Below, one piece after another: positions 1 through 17,688 of a DNA stretch of 64,000 nt. How positions within the stretch are numbered: the stretch's first letter is position 1; each line of letters begins with the position of its first letter. Source of the DNA: Spongospora subterranea f. sp. subterranea (Eukaryota); the NCBI GenBank assembly GCA_049724395.1, contig JAUGWO010000065.1:62001-126000 (forward strand). Reading direction: 5' to 3'. A program made the position numbers and the translations under genes. The notes below the pieces were generated by a model. That model was not told the origin of the DNA. It ran no database searches and saw nothing but the letters and a program-made list of their open reading frames with translations.

Positions 1-1189
1 TCGCTTTGAAAACCGGAAAATATCATAATATCTGGATTAGTGCTTATGCGTTGAAATCGTTCTTTCTAAAATGGTCGGAGGGATTAATGCAGACAATGAC
101 GTTTCCTAGCCAAGTTCATATTCCATGGTACGAGAGGCCATCTGAATTTATATTCTCAAGTGATATTGCAGAGGTATGAGAGTTTTGTGATAATGTACGG
201 TTTTGTTGTTGACACCTCTCTTTGTTTTATAGACGTTTTTCAGGAATATACGGTATTTGTTTTCTGTGCAATTGGTCAAAAGCGATAATCATGATTTATG
301 ATAAACAACTATTGATGGGGTTCTCCAAATAGGGTATGGTCGTGAATTGTAATTTCCTTTAAACAAGACGAATCGATCAATTGCGTTTCAGTACAGATAA
401 CAATTTCTCTTGCAGGTGGTTATGTCTCACCTCTAGAGACCTCTTCGATTCCACTTAGATACCTCACCGCATTACTCAATTTCACACCTGATTACATACT
501 CGATCCCATAAGAGAGAGAGAGAGTAGAGGTCTTGCGAAATGTCTGTGCAACTATGTGTTTCTGACGGTCATTGTGCCGAAAACGACCATGAAACCTACG
601 TTGATAAGCAAAATGAGGGATATATAACAGCCAAGCTTCGAGTATAAAGCGAGATATGGACTCATTCTCGCTGCGAGGATTCATTGGTTATGGACTAATA
701 ACAGGTTTAAGTTGATTAAAGAAAGGAGCACCATATGTATAAACGTAGTTAATTCTGGACCATTCACATTCAATGCGATTTACAACCCTTGCACTTGCGG
801 GTACGATAACGCAAAAATATCCTCTTTCAAATCCGAGCGATTTCGATTTACTTACAAATCAATTCTTTACGAAGCCAGCTTTTTTTTTCTCATTGTTTCA
901 ACACGGACGGAAGTGCCGAAGACCGATTCAAAATAAATCTAAATCACAGCCGCCACGATCGTCGTGCAAATGGAATGCGATGTACAAAGCACGGCACCAT
1001 GATATATTTTTAATTCGACCGCTAATCGGTCTGAACTTTGGAGCAAATGGGCGTGTACTCGGCCTCCGTCGTTGATAGCGCAACGCTTGTTTCACTTGAC
1101 ATCGTCGCCGAGGTTCATGTAAACTGGTGATACTTGTTCTCCGATATGACTTTCAGCTTCCCATGATATTGTTTCGGAGCCCAAGTAAT

Positions 1190-2165
1190 ATATGAGTCCA
1201 GTCGTCGACCTTCGATCCATGGTGGTCGAAAGGTGACGTTTGATGAGGAAAACTGTCAACGGATTGACGAGAACGGTCAACTAATCATTGAGGGTGAGTT
1301 AGACGTCTACCCACTTGACGAAGACTCGTGTGGGGAGATTGCCAAGATCTCGATCACCACAACAGACAATGATATCATGTTATGGCACGATCGCTTTGGA
1401 CATCGCGACATTCAGGATATCAGATTGATGATGAAAGCCGATGGAAAAGACTGCAGTGACACCTGTTCTGCCGAATTCTGCGAACCATGTGCCATTGGAA
1501 AGGCGAAAAGAAAATCTTTTCCGAAAACGCGAAAACCCAAAATACAGGAAATATGTCCCGCCGAAAGAATTAGCAACCCGTTTTAAGTTCATCAAGTTAT
1601 TGAAGTCACTGTATGGGTTGACACAAGCGCCAAACGTGTGGCATAATTTCATAGAGAATTTTATTTGCAACAAATTATTGTTCACCAAAGTCAAGTCAGC
1701 GTCCTGTCTGTACGTCAAGAGATGTGGTGACCAGTTCGTTATAATGCCCCTGTATGTTGATGATCTGGTCTTCATTGGTCACAGAAGGTTGATTGATTAG
1801 ACAAAGGCCGAGCTGTTCAAGGAATTCACAATGAAAGGTCTGGGTCCTGTACAGCAATATTTAGGAATTCAGGTCTATGTTAAGGACAAACAGGTTTTCC
1901 TTACTCAAGAGATGTACATTGAAAACATTTTGAAATCTTGTGATATGGAACACTGCAAACCACAAGCCACACCAGCTGTTATAGGGCTTGTATTAAGTAA
2001 AGATATGGAGCCCAATACAGCCCAACATCAGTGCCAAGTTAGGAAGGAAGAAACAATCATAGGCTATAGAACAACAGTGGGGAGTTTACTCTGCCTGCTT
2101 CATACCCGACATGATATCGCCTATTCAGTCGGGCAACTTACAAGATTTGTACAAAACCCTCGGTC
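1190..2165 (+). mobile_element. Degenerate Ty1/copia LTR-retrotransposon pol remnant (GAG-pre-integrase domain plus partial reverse transcriptase)
   Basis: LWHDRFGH...CEPCAIGKAKRKSFPK (HHCC zinc domain) is followed in another frame by KLLKSLYGLTQAPNVW, LYVDDL, MKGLGPVQQYLGIQV and YRTTVGSLLCLLHTRHDIAYSVGQLTRFVQNP. There is an in-frame stop at ~1798-1800. No integrase core, RNase H or LTRs are visible. Confidence 0.92.
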
Positions 2166-2687
2166 CACAACACCAATGCAGACCTCCTGCGGCGACTTCA
2201 GACCGTCCCACGCCATCGTTTATTGCAACAACCGTACCAATGATCGCGACCTCCTGCTTGCCCCCCCTGAATCTGAACCATCTGTTGGTTTTCGGTTCCG
2301 AATTTTGTTGTCCTGGCTCGGACTAAAAGCCGGTTTCCTCAAATCCCGGTCGGCCGATAATTGCCAATCGCTCAGTAGGTTGCGTTTGTCGGGATGGAAC
2401 CCTAACAATGCGCGTTTAAACGTGGACGCTGTCCATGTTCCAATTTGCAAATGCAGCTGTGTGGTAATGAATTTTATGTGAGATATGGCGGCTCAGACCG
2501 TGAAAATAATGAATAATTGCCATAAATTGCTCCCCAGAGTGTCTGCTAACAGCGTCGATGCATCTCCACACCTTTGCTTAAATGTGAAAACGACAGCAAG
2601 CCTGCATTGGATACTATAGTCGATCAGATTGTCACGACGATGTTCTCAGGCGGAGTCGCGCTACGCTTGTTGGATCGAGATTACTAC

Positions 2688-3015
2688 GTACTGCAACAAA
2701 AAATTATCCCTCAACACATCTTGAGAGTTGCACATCCTGATAGACTGCAAGTTCCGAAAAAATTCTAACTTTCTCCTGAGCTTTTTTCGATCGAATATAT
2801 CGAAAGTTCATTGGCGCAACGATCACTCTTTCTGGTAAATCAATCTCTATTCTTGAGATTTGGCGACTTTAACCCCTGGAAATAATGGATTATGGCCATT
2901 GACTATTCGATCGAAAAAAAAGCTCAGGCGACAGTTAGAACTTTTTCTGAACTTGCAGTCTATCAGGATGTGCAACTTTCACGATGTGTTGAGGAATAAA
3001 TTTTTGTTGCAGTAC
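2688..3015. repeat. Long imperfect inverted repeat (foldback/MITE-like): arms 2688-2797 and 2904-3015, ~106 bp spacer
   Basis: GTACTGCAACAAAAAATTATCCCTCAACACATC...TTCGATCGAATA is the reverse complement, with scattered mismatches, of TATTCGATCGAAAA...GATGTGTTGAGGAATAAATTTTTGTTGCAGTAC. TA lies at both outer ends. Confidence 0.88.
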
Positions 3016-4445
3016 TGATTTACTCACATACCATATTTTGCCCTATGTCGGTGGCGCATTTTCATATTTTACCTTTTCACCCATGCAATTACATTTCAGT
3101 GTATCGGCGGCGCATTGTTCATATTTACCGACCAGTCCCTCGGCCTCTCCCGTCTTCAATGCGCCAAACTCTGCGTGATATGGCGCCAAGTCATGGCGCA
3201 AAGTTCTGTTTTCGCGCCAGCTTGCCGCCAAGACAGAAATGGTAATTTTGAAACATCTGCTATTCCGCGGAGTCCGTTTTGACATTTTGTTCCGGGAGTG
3301 AGAAAAACGAGTTGAAAAACGCGTCCGGTCCGTGAGCCTTTTTATTCAAAACTAGTACTAAAATCAGTAATTGTTCGGTAAACCGCTTACAACATAAACG
3401 CCCCTGATTGCGACCAGAACGGCCACATAGACCGAAACCACTTCGTCGTCGTTTTTCCAGATGAATCTCTCCGTGCCGAAGCTACAGGACCCAGCCGAGT
3501 GACTGACCCTTGAGGTCGTCCTCGAGCGGTAACTTGCTCTGGATTTGAAAGAAATTAGGTATCTCGTCAGCTTGTTAAAATCTTGCGCCTCTCTGAAAAA
3601 TCGCGCTGGCGATGAGGTGGAAACGCTTGGTATGTTGCCGCTAGTTCCGACAGAGCTCGGGCACCTCTGTGAACTAGTTTTATGGAGAAACTCTAACAAG
3701 AATGATCAATTCGGGGCTTTAGAACGGACGTTTGTCGTACCATTACTTGCATTATTAAGCAATGATCGTCATCAGACAGTTTTTTTCGTTTTTGTATTCC
3801 TTGTGAGCGTTGCGACGTGCATACTGTGAAATTTCTGGATTGGCGTCACCCCTCGACGCAGTTGATGGGTCAGCAGCGCATTCGATTTGTCAAAGTCGAT
3901 GTTGTGAGATGAGTGATTCACTGCGAAGCAAACTTGCTGTAAACATTTTCGAGGTCACCGGCGGATATCCGGATCCACGATTTTAGCGATGAGTTCATGC
4001 CCTCAACTCGAGAAGTTGCAGTATTCTCAAAGTGCAGAAACCATTATTGGCCTGAACTCTAGCAGACCATGGAGAGTTCATATCGGTCACCTTCTCATTG
4101 CCGGATACCTGTGCGGCCAAGCCTCTAAAAGTAATCAATGTCATACCGTTCATTTTTTCAAAAGCCCATATCTGGATAACTCCCATGATGACCGAAGCAA
4201 ACATGATGACTGAATTAAACAGGATGACTTTGGGTCGTCATATACTGTAATCTCAGAGCCCGACAAGCCGCCTTTATTCATGGTTGTAGACCTTGGAAGT
4301 ATGCGGCCAATGTCCTTATTTCAGAGTGTCCAAAACCGAATTTTGCAAAACAATTCGCGAGTAATCTGTTTAATGAAAAGAAATTGTTCGTTAAACGGTG
4401 TAAAACAGTTGAAATCGTAGTCTAAAATGGTGCCGTGCACACACG

Positions 4446-4766
4446 TTAATCATTCGCTTTTAGTGCTCGTAATAAATGTCCGATTCGATATTGAAGTCGT
4501 TGGTTCTCGTCATTGAACTCCTGTAGACTCTGATCATGCGCGGCGTGACCTGCGACACACGACGTTGATTCCCTGTTAGCCGATAACGACTCCTTGACGA
4601 TATTTAGGTCCGACAATGTCTCCTCCTTGAACTTGATCAGGGCCGCCCTATCGACCTCCATCGCCGCCACCTGATACTCGAGCGATGTCACAGCCGCTTC
4701 GGCAACCTCGGTCCTCTTCTCCAGCAAAGCAACGCGTTCATTAACCGATCCATTTGGGTCCGCCAT
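4446..4766 (-). CDS. Small coiled-coil protein (106 aa), C-terminus similar to the N-terminal leucine zipper of metazoan arginyl-tRNA synthetase
   Basis: Clean ATG-to-stop ORF with heptad periodicity, ending LQEFNDENQRLQYRIGHLLRALK. Confidence 0.7.
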   Translation of the reverse strand: MADPNGSVNERVALLEKRTEVAEAAVTSLEYQVAAMEVDRAALIKFKEETLSDLNIVKESLSANRESTSCVAGHAAHDQSLQEFNDENQRLQYRIGHLLRALKAND

Positions 4767-5156
4767 ATTGCTTTTAGCGAAAACCCCGTCGCCCTTGACA
4801 GAATTCAGTTTCCAAATATGCGCCGCATATCGTTGGACATCTGATCACCTTGGGCTTTCATTGATCCTTAAAACAGTGTGGTGTTTCCAGTACATTCAAG
4901 GTATATTATCGGTTCGTCATCAGAGCCTGATTCGATCCCATCTTTCAGTTTGATAGAAATGCTTTGTGTGAATTTTCTCGCTTTATTTCTGAAAAATTAA
5001 AGTGAAATTCAAGCAATGTAAAGCTTCACCAACATTGAAGGCATTACAATGAACACAAAGAAAGAACGAGCATGATTGATATCGTTTGCTCTGTCTTCAT
5101 CGACGGTATCCCAAATCAACGCTGTAAACTGGGATTGACGAGATAAAACTGGAAAT

Positions 5157-5933
5157 TTAATTGGATTTTGTTGCCGAGATCGCCCTCCGAATTTTCTGCG
5201 CAATCAGGAATCCCCAATACAGATTGAGAGAAGAAAAGAGGCCGGTCGCAACCAGGAATGCAGTCGGTACCAATACATGGGGATGGCGATCAAAACTGTA
5301 ACTTCTGTATGTCGCATGAAGATACGGGTGCGATGGTTGCAACGATAACAGTGGCAAAAAATCTATCCATACGTAGACGGTGGCGACAGATCCGAGCAAA
5401 ATCCGGACAACTATGAACACAATCGCGAAGAGCAATCGAACAACGTTTAGAGTACTACGCGATCCCCACTGAACAGATGTCATGAAATTTTGAAGGCTCA
5501 GGAACGGAGTACTAAGCTCGTACAACAAGAAAACCGTCGCCCAATACTGAGCGACTGGGGTTAATGCAGTTGTGATATATATGGCGAAAGAGAGACAATG
5601 ATGGAAGAGGGACACGATGTCACCTAGTCGATTCAAGCGCCTTGAAATATCCAAAATGTCATGTAGAAAGAAGCCGGCAGAGAATGCCAGCAGTATTGTA
5701 GCCGAATCATCACGCCCAAAAATTCGGTCGTCATGAATTTTGGAAGACCTGGATAGTAATACAATTGCGCTAAGTACTGCACATATTGCATGAACGGCCG
5801 ATGTGACACAGGCGCTTAGTTTCGCTGCTGTTGTCGTCTTGTTCATCCCATTTTGAATAAATATGACCTGCGACACTTTGGCGATCAACTCAAACGAAAC
5901 GGTTGACAATACCGCAACTGGGGTGTATTCCAT
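5157..5933 (-). CDS. TLC (TRAM/LAG1/CLN8) domain membrane protein, TMEM56/TLCD4-like
   Basis: Intronless 258 aa ORF with multiple hydrophobic segments and the TLC motifs SAVHA, FSAGFFLHD, LFHH, YELSTPFL, FAIVFIVVR and LNLYW. Confidence 0.9.
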   Translation of the reverse strand: MEYTPVAVLSTVSFELIAKVSQVIFIQNGMNKTTTAAKLSACVTSAVHAICAVLSAIVLLSRSSKIHDDRIFGRDDSATILLAFSAGFFLHDILDISRRLNRLGDIVSLFHHCLSFAIYITTALTPVAQYWATVFLLYELSTPFLSLQNFMTSVQWGSRSTLNVVRLLFAIVFIVVRILLGSVATVYVWIDFLPLLSLQPSHPYLHATYRSYSFDRHPHVLVPTAFLVATGLFSSLNLYWGFLIAQKIRRAISATKSN

Positions 5934-7596
5934 GATTCCCGAGGCGGTCGACCGAGCTGGTCGACCTTTTCCTGATCGTTCTGTAGCTAAAAAATCAATA
6001 GATAGTAAAATGGGTTGAGGAACCCCAGTCTCCCATGACAGAGCAGAGCAGAAACTTCATCCCCTGCTGGTGGGTTGACTCATCCGGGGTTTACCGTGTA
6101 CACTGTACGAAATCTTGTTCTGATTTCACTGCGGATTTCATGTTTTTCAAGGCGTTGCTTTGAACAATGAGAACCAAGGGCAATCTGAACTATTCCGTAA
6201 CATTCGAACGAATCGAATGCGTCATGAGTTTTTTATTTGACATGATTGCTCTCTCTCCTATCGGGTGACCTGTTGCCTTGAACCTATTGATGGGCGCCTT
6301 GAAACTCTTTCGATTTGTAGTTGTGCTGTCGCCGACGGACCCACGAAAAATGTTGTATCGGAGTTGCGCTAAAATATCCACTGCGGACTCCGTGACGCGC
6401 GGGATTCTAATCTCTGTCATTCTGCAGTGTTCCACTTTCGTATATGCCCGAAGCTGACCACCATCTAGACACGAATCGGTCGATGTAAATGAGAAGATCT
6501 CTTTATGGCGACTGTTTTCAAGTAAGTGCAGGAAGATGGAATGTCTTGCTATGATCCAATTGATGATAATTTCCAAACATTGTATTAGCTCTATCATATT
6601 ATTTTGATGAGACATTGGGATTCTGAACTTTGTCAACAATTTTTTCCCACAAACCTCTCCCACTTTTACTAAGTTGCTTGTGTGTTCGCTTGTAGATGTT
6701 TTTGCTCATCGGCATTTCATGTGGAATGCATCAAGCGATAACAATTCACTGAATTCTGAGCTCATTCTTGTCTGGCTTGTCGTGATAAGTACAAGTCAAT
6801 CGAATGGACCGTGATATTATTTAGATTCGTCACAACAACGTGAGTACACAATGGAACGTGCCTGTCTGTTTTATGATGATATATTCAACATCCGTATTAG
6901 CTCTATCATATTGTTTTGATGAGAAATTGAAATTAGCTGATTTTCTGCATCCACCTTCCTTCTCTTACTGACTTTCAAAATCTGACTCTCTTTATTGCTG
7001 TGCAGGTCCGTACCTTTCTTCACGACGATCAAGACTGTCGTCTCTGTTGTATAAGCATGGGATTTGGGGTTGATCATAACCCCCCAGAACCCAATGATTC
7101 CTGAATACGCATTGACACAGTAAGACGCCAACAACAATGAGTACATACATGCCATTTAGGTGAATGGGCAGAACCCATCTCGCCTTCGTTAGCAGATCGA
7201 ACTTGCTGCCAAATTGCTTCTCCAGCCATCGGATTGGCGATGCCTCACTTAGCCGCGGAATGAGAAAGGTATTCAATAACAACACGCCTGCCGAACATGT
7301 CGGCGGTGTTGCTTCAGTCAGTATCGAACCAGGCCTGCTGGACGACACCATTGTCAACAATGTTTTGGACATGTTCGGCAGGCGTCCTGTCAAATTGGAC
7401 AAATGCGGTGTTAGGACACGAATGACCCGATTGATGAATACAAGTGTCCCCAATGGACTTCTCCTGCCCTGCAAAGACGATGCTAATCATCCTCCGTCCA
7501 CACATCTCTCCGAGGTGCATGTCTCGTCGGGAGTGTCTTGAAATGCATCGGCCCTGTGTTAATTATTCCACATATGTTATCGGGCCCGATCGCCTT

Positions 7597-8042
7597 CTTC
7601 CATTTGAGCTTGAAAATTCTTGCCTCGATGCTTGTCGCGGAAAATGCCAGCTTCTCAACTTGACAACGCAGGACGTCGGCTTACGTGCGGCTTGGAAGTC
7701 TTCGGATGGCGTATCGTCAGATCGGATAAATAACTCGCGGTAGTGATCAGAGAATTGGGTCAGCGAGGGGCGACTACCTCCTTGCGCGTCGGCATCCCCA
7801 TCTTGAAGCGATTCCATCAGCGACTTGACTTTGCTGATCACATATCCGTCCGGCATCTCCTTCCATTTGAGCTTGAAAATTCTTGCCTCGATGCTTGTCG
7901 CGGAAAATGCCAGCTTCTCAACTTGATCAACGCAGGACATCGGCTTACGCTCGCTGGCCCAATTCTCTGATCACTACCGCGAGTTATTTACCCGATCTGA
8001 CGATACGCCATCCGAAGACTTCCAATCCGCACGTAAGCCGAC
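7597..8042. repeat. Compound repeat: ~90 bp direct duplication (7597-7685, 7860-7949) plus ~93 bp inverted duplication (7675-7767, 7950-8042)
   Basis: CTTCCATTTGAGCTTGAAAATTCTTGCCTCGATGCTTGTCGCGG... occurs twice. GTCGGCTTACGTGCGG...GGTCAGCGAG recurs as its reverse complement CTCGCTGGCCC...CGTAAGCCGAC. Confidence 0.9.
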
Positions 8043-8459
8043 TCAAACAGACATTCAAGGCACTGATGTCCAGCTTTAAGCACCTTGAACGTATCTGAAT
8101 GGCTCACATCGTGTCCTCACTTTTGCAGGTTCGCCCACTTCATCGTCGACAAACAATGTTAACCGCGGGGTGTTTGATTGCCATCAGCCAGCAAGCAAAT
8201 ATTGCTGACTGAGATTGTACTCTGCTTCAGAATCAATAAATTTTTTGAACATGCTTTGTAAAGCTCGTTAAACATTTAGAGGGTGGATATATCTGGATTT
8301 AGATGGGCGTTGAACTCATGTAGATAGCCGATAGCGGTAACTTGATTTGGATGGGGAACTGACATTTTCGGAGTCCGTGTCGCAGACCGTTGAACGGTCG
8401 ATTGTGTGTAGCTTGTCGGCCAGCCCAGGCGTCATTCTGGAGTTTCCTCCAACAGGATC

Positions 8460-8731
8460 ATGGTCCGCCTAATGAGGGGGTTTCTACTGCAATGGTAAAG
8501 CAGCTGCTATCCATTGAATCTAATCCTAATTGCGATAATAGTGATATCGCGCTAAGAGAATTCCTCATCAACCTCCATAAAACTCAGACCTCGTTTATTC
8601 TGGAAATACTGGACGATGGCAACTTATTTGTAAAAGACAGCGAGGAAACAATCTCCTATCTACGTGATCAGATCACACTTTGGCATGACCAAAATTCGTT
8701 TGATGAGAACGATGACCAGTTCGACGAATAA
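8460..8731 (+). CDS. TFB5: TFIIH subunit p8 (TFB5/GTF2H5), 2 exons
   Basis: Removing GT-AG intron 8495-8541 gives MVRLMRGFLLQCDIALREFLINLHKTQTSFILEILDDGNLFVKD..., matching the TFB5 pattern (G.L..CD....F.......FI...LD...LFV). Confidence 0.9.
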
Positions 8732-9260
8732 CGCGCAATCAAAGAATAATTTATATAGCGATCTTTGCAAGAGGATGAACGCCTTGTTTTCAAGAAAAAA
8801 AAACTTTTTGTTATGCAAATCAAAGCATTTACTTTCTATACACAGTTTCTGGAGAGTATTCAACAAAAGTGACCACTTAAGCGCCCCACTCAATGTTTTT
8901 TTTTGGAACTTTCTCCCTATTTAAGCGCTAAATCCAGAAAATGAACCTCAGAGGTGATTATAGACGTAATCTGCTGAAGGTAGGTGGGAGGTCGGGTGTT
9001 TAATGATGACCGTACGCGATGCTTCTAGCACGCCAAATGCCCCTCAGAAAAATCCTCTGAAATTTCGGAAATCAAACCCGAACCTTGCCCGCTACCAACC
9101 GAAATACAGCAATAAAAAACCGCAGAGCTCTATTATGAAGGCGAATAGCGAATCTAAGAAAGCCGCAGACCGAGTAAAGCAGCGCATTGTTGATTGTCCA
9201 CCCCAGACCGATTATGGTCAATTACTGTAGATACACCAACTATCTTGACGCCAATACAGT

Positions 9261-10297
9261 ATGAATAGAGATTCGCGGAGGAGGAGGCGGACGTCGTCGT
9301 CGTCGCAATCGTCCGAAAACGACGTTAGGGAGCTTTCCCAGGCGGAAGTCGCCAGGCTTTCCAGCACAAACAACGCTGCAGCGGCCCGAGATCGACGACA
9401 ACAGCAGAGATTAGCGAGGGCGCTACGAAACGAGGACGCTGCTCGGGTGCATGTATTTTATGCGAAATTGGATGAGTTTCTCTTGCTGATATTCACCCAG
9501 GCGCTGTTGGACGCGGCGTCAGCCAACAGGGCATTGTCCTCCTCGTCTGCGAGCGGCAATAGTACTCGTATTCCGAGCTCCGGCGCTGTTCAGACCGACG
9601 AACTCCTGGCGCGATCCCTCCAAGAGAACGAGATGAACGCGCTTTGGACAGACTGGGCCAGCATAGCCGACAGGATGGCAGCGCCCCCGGTAAGGATGGT
9701 CGCTCCGATGCAGGCACGATCTCGGCGGGCCCGCCGCGGATCACGCTCTCCCTGGGTTCAAGCATTCGCTATGCGGAGGGCAGCCCTTTTGCAGGACAAT
9801 ATTGACAATTATAGTTACGATGTATGGAGAATCCATTACGATTTAGTTCAAGGAACATTGTATTACATTTGTTTTTTTCTGTAGGAGCTGTGGCAACTGA
9901 CCGAAAGGAACGGTGATGTGAGGACCAAAGGCGCACCAGATGCGACCATACGCCGCCTGCCGACTCATTCATACGCCGCAGCATGCGCAACATCGTCATC
10001 AAAACAAGAATACGTCCCTTCGTTAGCTTTACCGTAATCTTCGAACGTCTGCCCCGACCCTGACCGTTCATCTCTAGTTGCTCGATCTGTATGGAAGATT
10101 ACCTGAACAACGATCCTGTAAGGACCCTTCCATGTCTTCATTTATTCCATGTCGGATGTTCCGATAAGGTATTAGTGTTGCAATTTTTGTCGCCATTGTC
10201 GTCAGTTTCAAACGATCGTTATCAGTGGCTGAAAATCAATGCCTGTTGTCCGATATGCCGTATGAAGATCGACCAAAATCAAAACCATCCACCATAA
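9261..10297 (+). CDS. RING-H2 E3 ubiquitin ligase (multi-exon)
   Basis: After splicing, the C-terminus reads CSICMEDY...[29 protein letters not shown]. It is preceded by DIDN.SY..L-like and TDELLARSLQENE motifs. Confidence 0.85.
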
Positions 10298-10506
10298 AAT
10301 CATCGATATCATCGTCAATTTTGCGATCCCTTGTCATCTGATAGATGCTGAGCGCCGTCGACGGTGGGCAATTGAACATTCGGGAGCTGATCGGTCCAAT
10401 GAGAAACGGAGTGCGTGGCGCATTCCTCAATCGACCCTGTGGTGAGGTTGGAGGGTGATTAACGCCAGGTCAAGTAGAGGGTTATCGAGCCATAGCTCCC
10501 CTCGCC

Positions 10507-17333
<6,827 letters not shown>

Positions 17334-17688
17334 TGAAGGCGATTTTTTTATAAACAATATATTTAGTATAACAAAAGCAGATCTGATATTAATATCTGGT
17401 TCGCATTATAACTTGGCCACTTTGCCAAAGTCGCCGGTCAGCGTAAGCTGGGACCCCTACGAGTGTTGGCATATATCGTGTCTCGTAACTGAACATTCTA
17501 CCTGTGGTTCAAGAAGTCGTCACGGTTCAGATTTGATTCCACGCGCCTTTCAGCGTTTATTAATATCTGATTCCACTTAAATGAAGATATCTGAAACTCT
17601 TTCAAAGTGTCGCGTGTCTCAATTTTGTTGCTTCGCCATCAGGGGTTTCATTTGCAATTGTCATTGTAGGCCAGTTGGATAAGCAGTC

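Noticed and set aside
1..470. Possible spliced gene tail (GTATGA...TAG intron at ~173-231)
   Set aside because: Stops follow quickly in the plausible frames and no family motif was recognised, so it could not be supported as a CDS.
3545..4213. LRR/F-box-like words (VPTELGHL, SCPQLEKL)
   Set aside because: Too short, and not joinable into a convincing gene model.
6580..6930. ~30 bp direct repeat GTATTAGCTCTATCATATT.TTTTGATGAGA at ~6582 and ~6894, and hAT-like KRRKVDAEN
   Set aside because: Only two copies inside degenerate repeat debris; not an array, and too little to name a transposon family.
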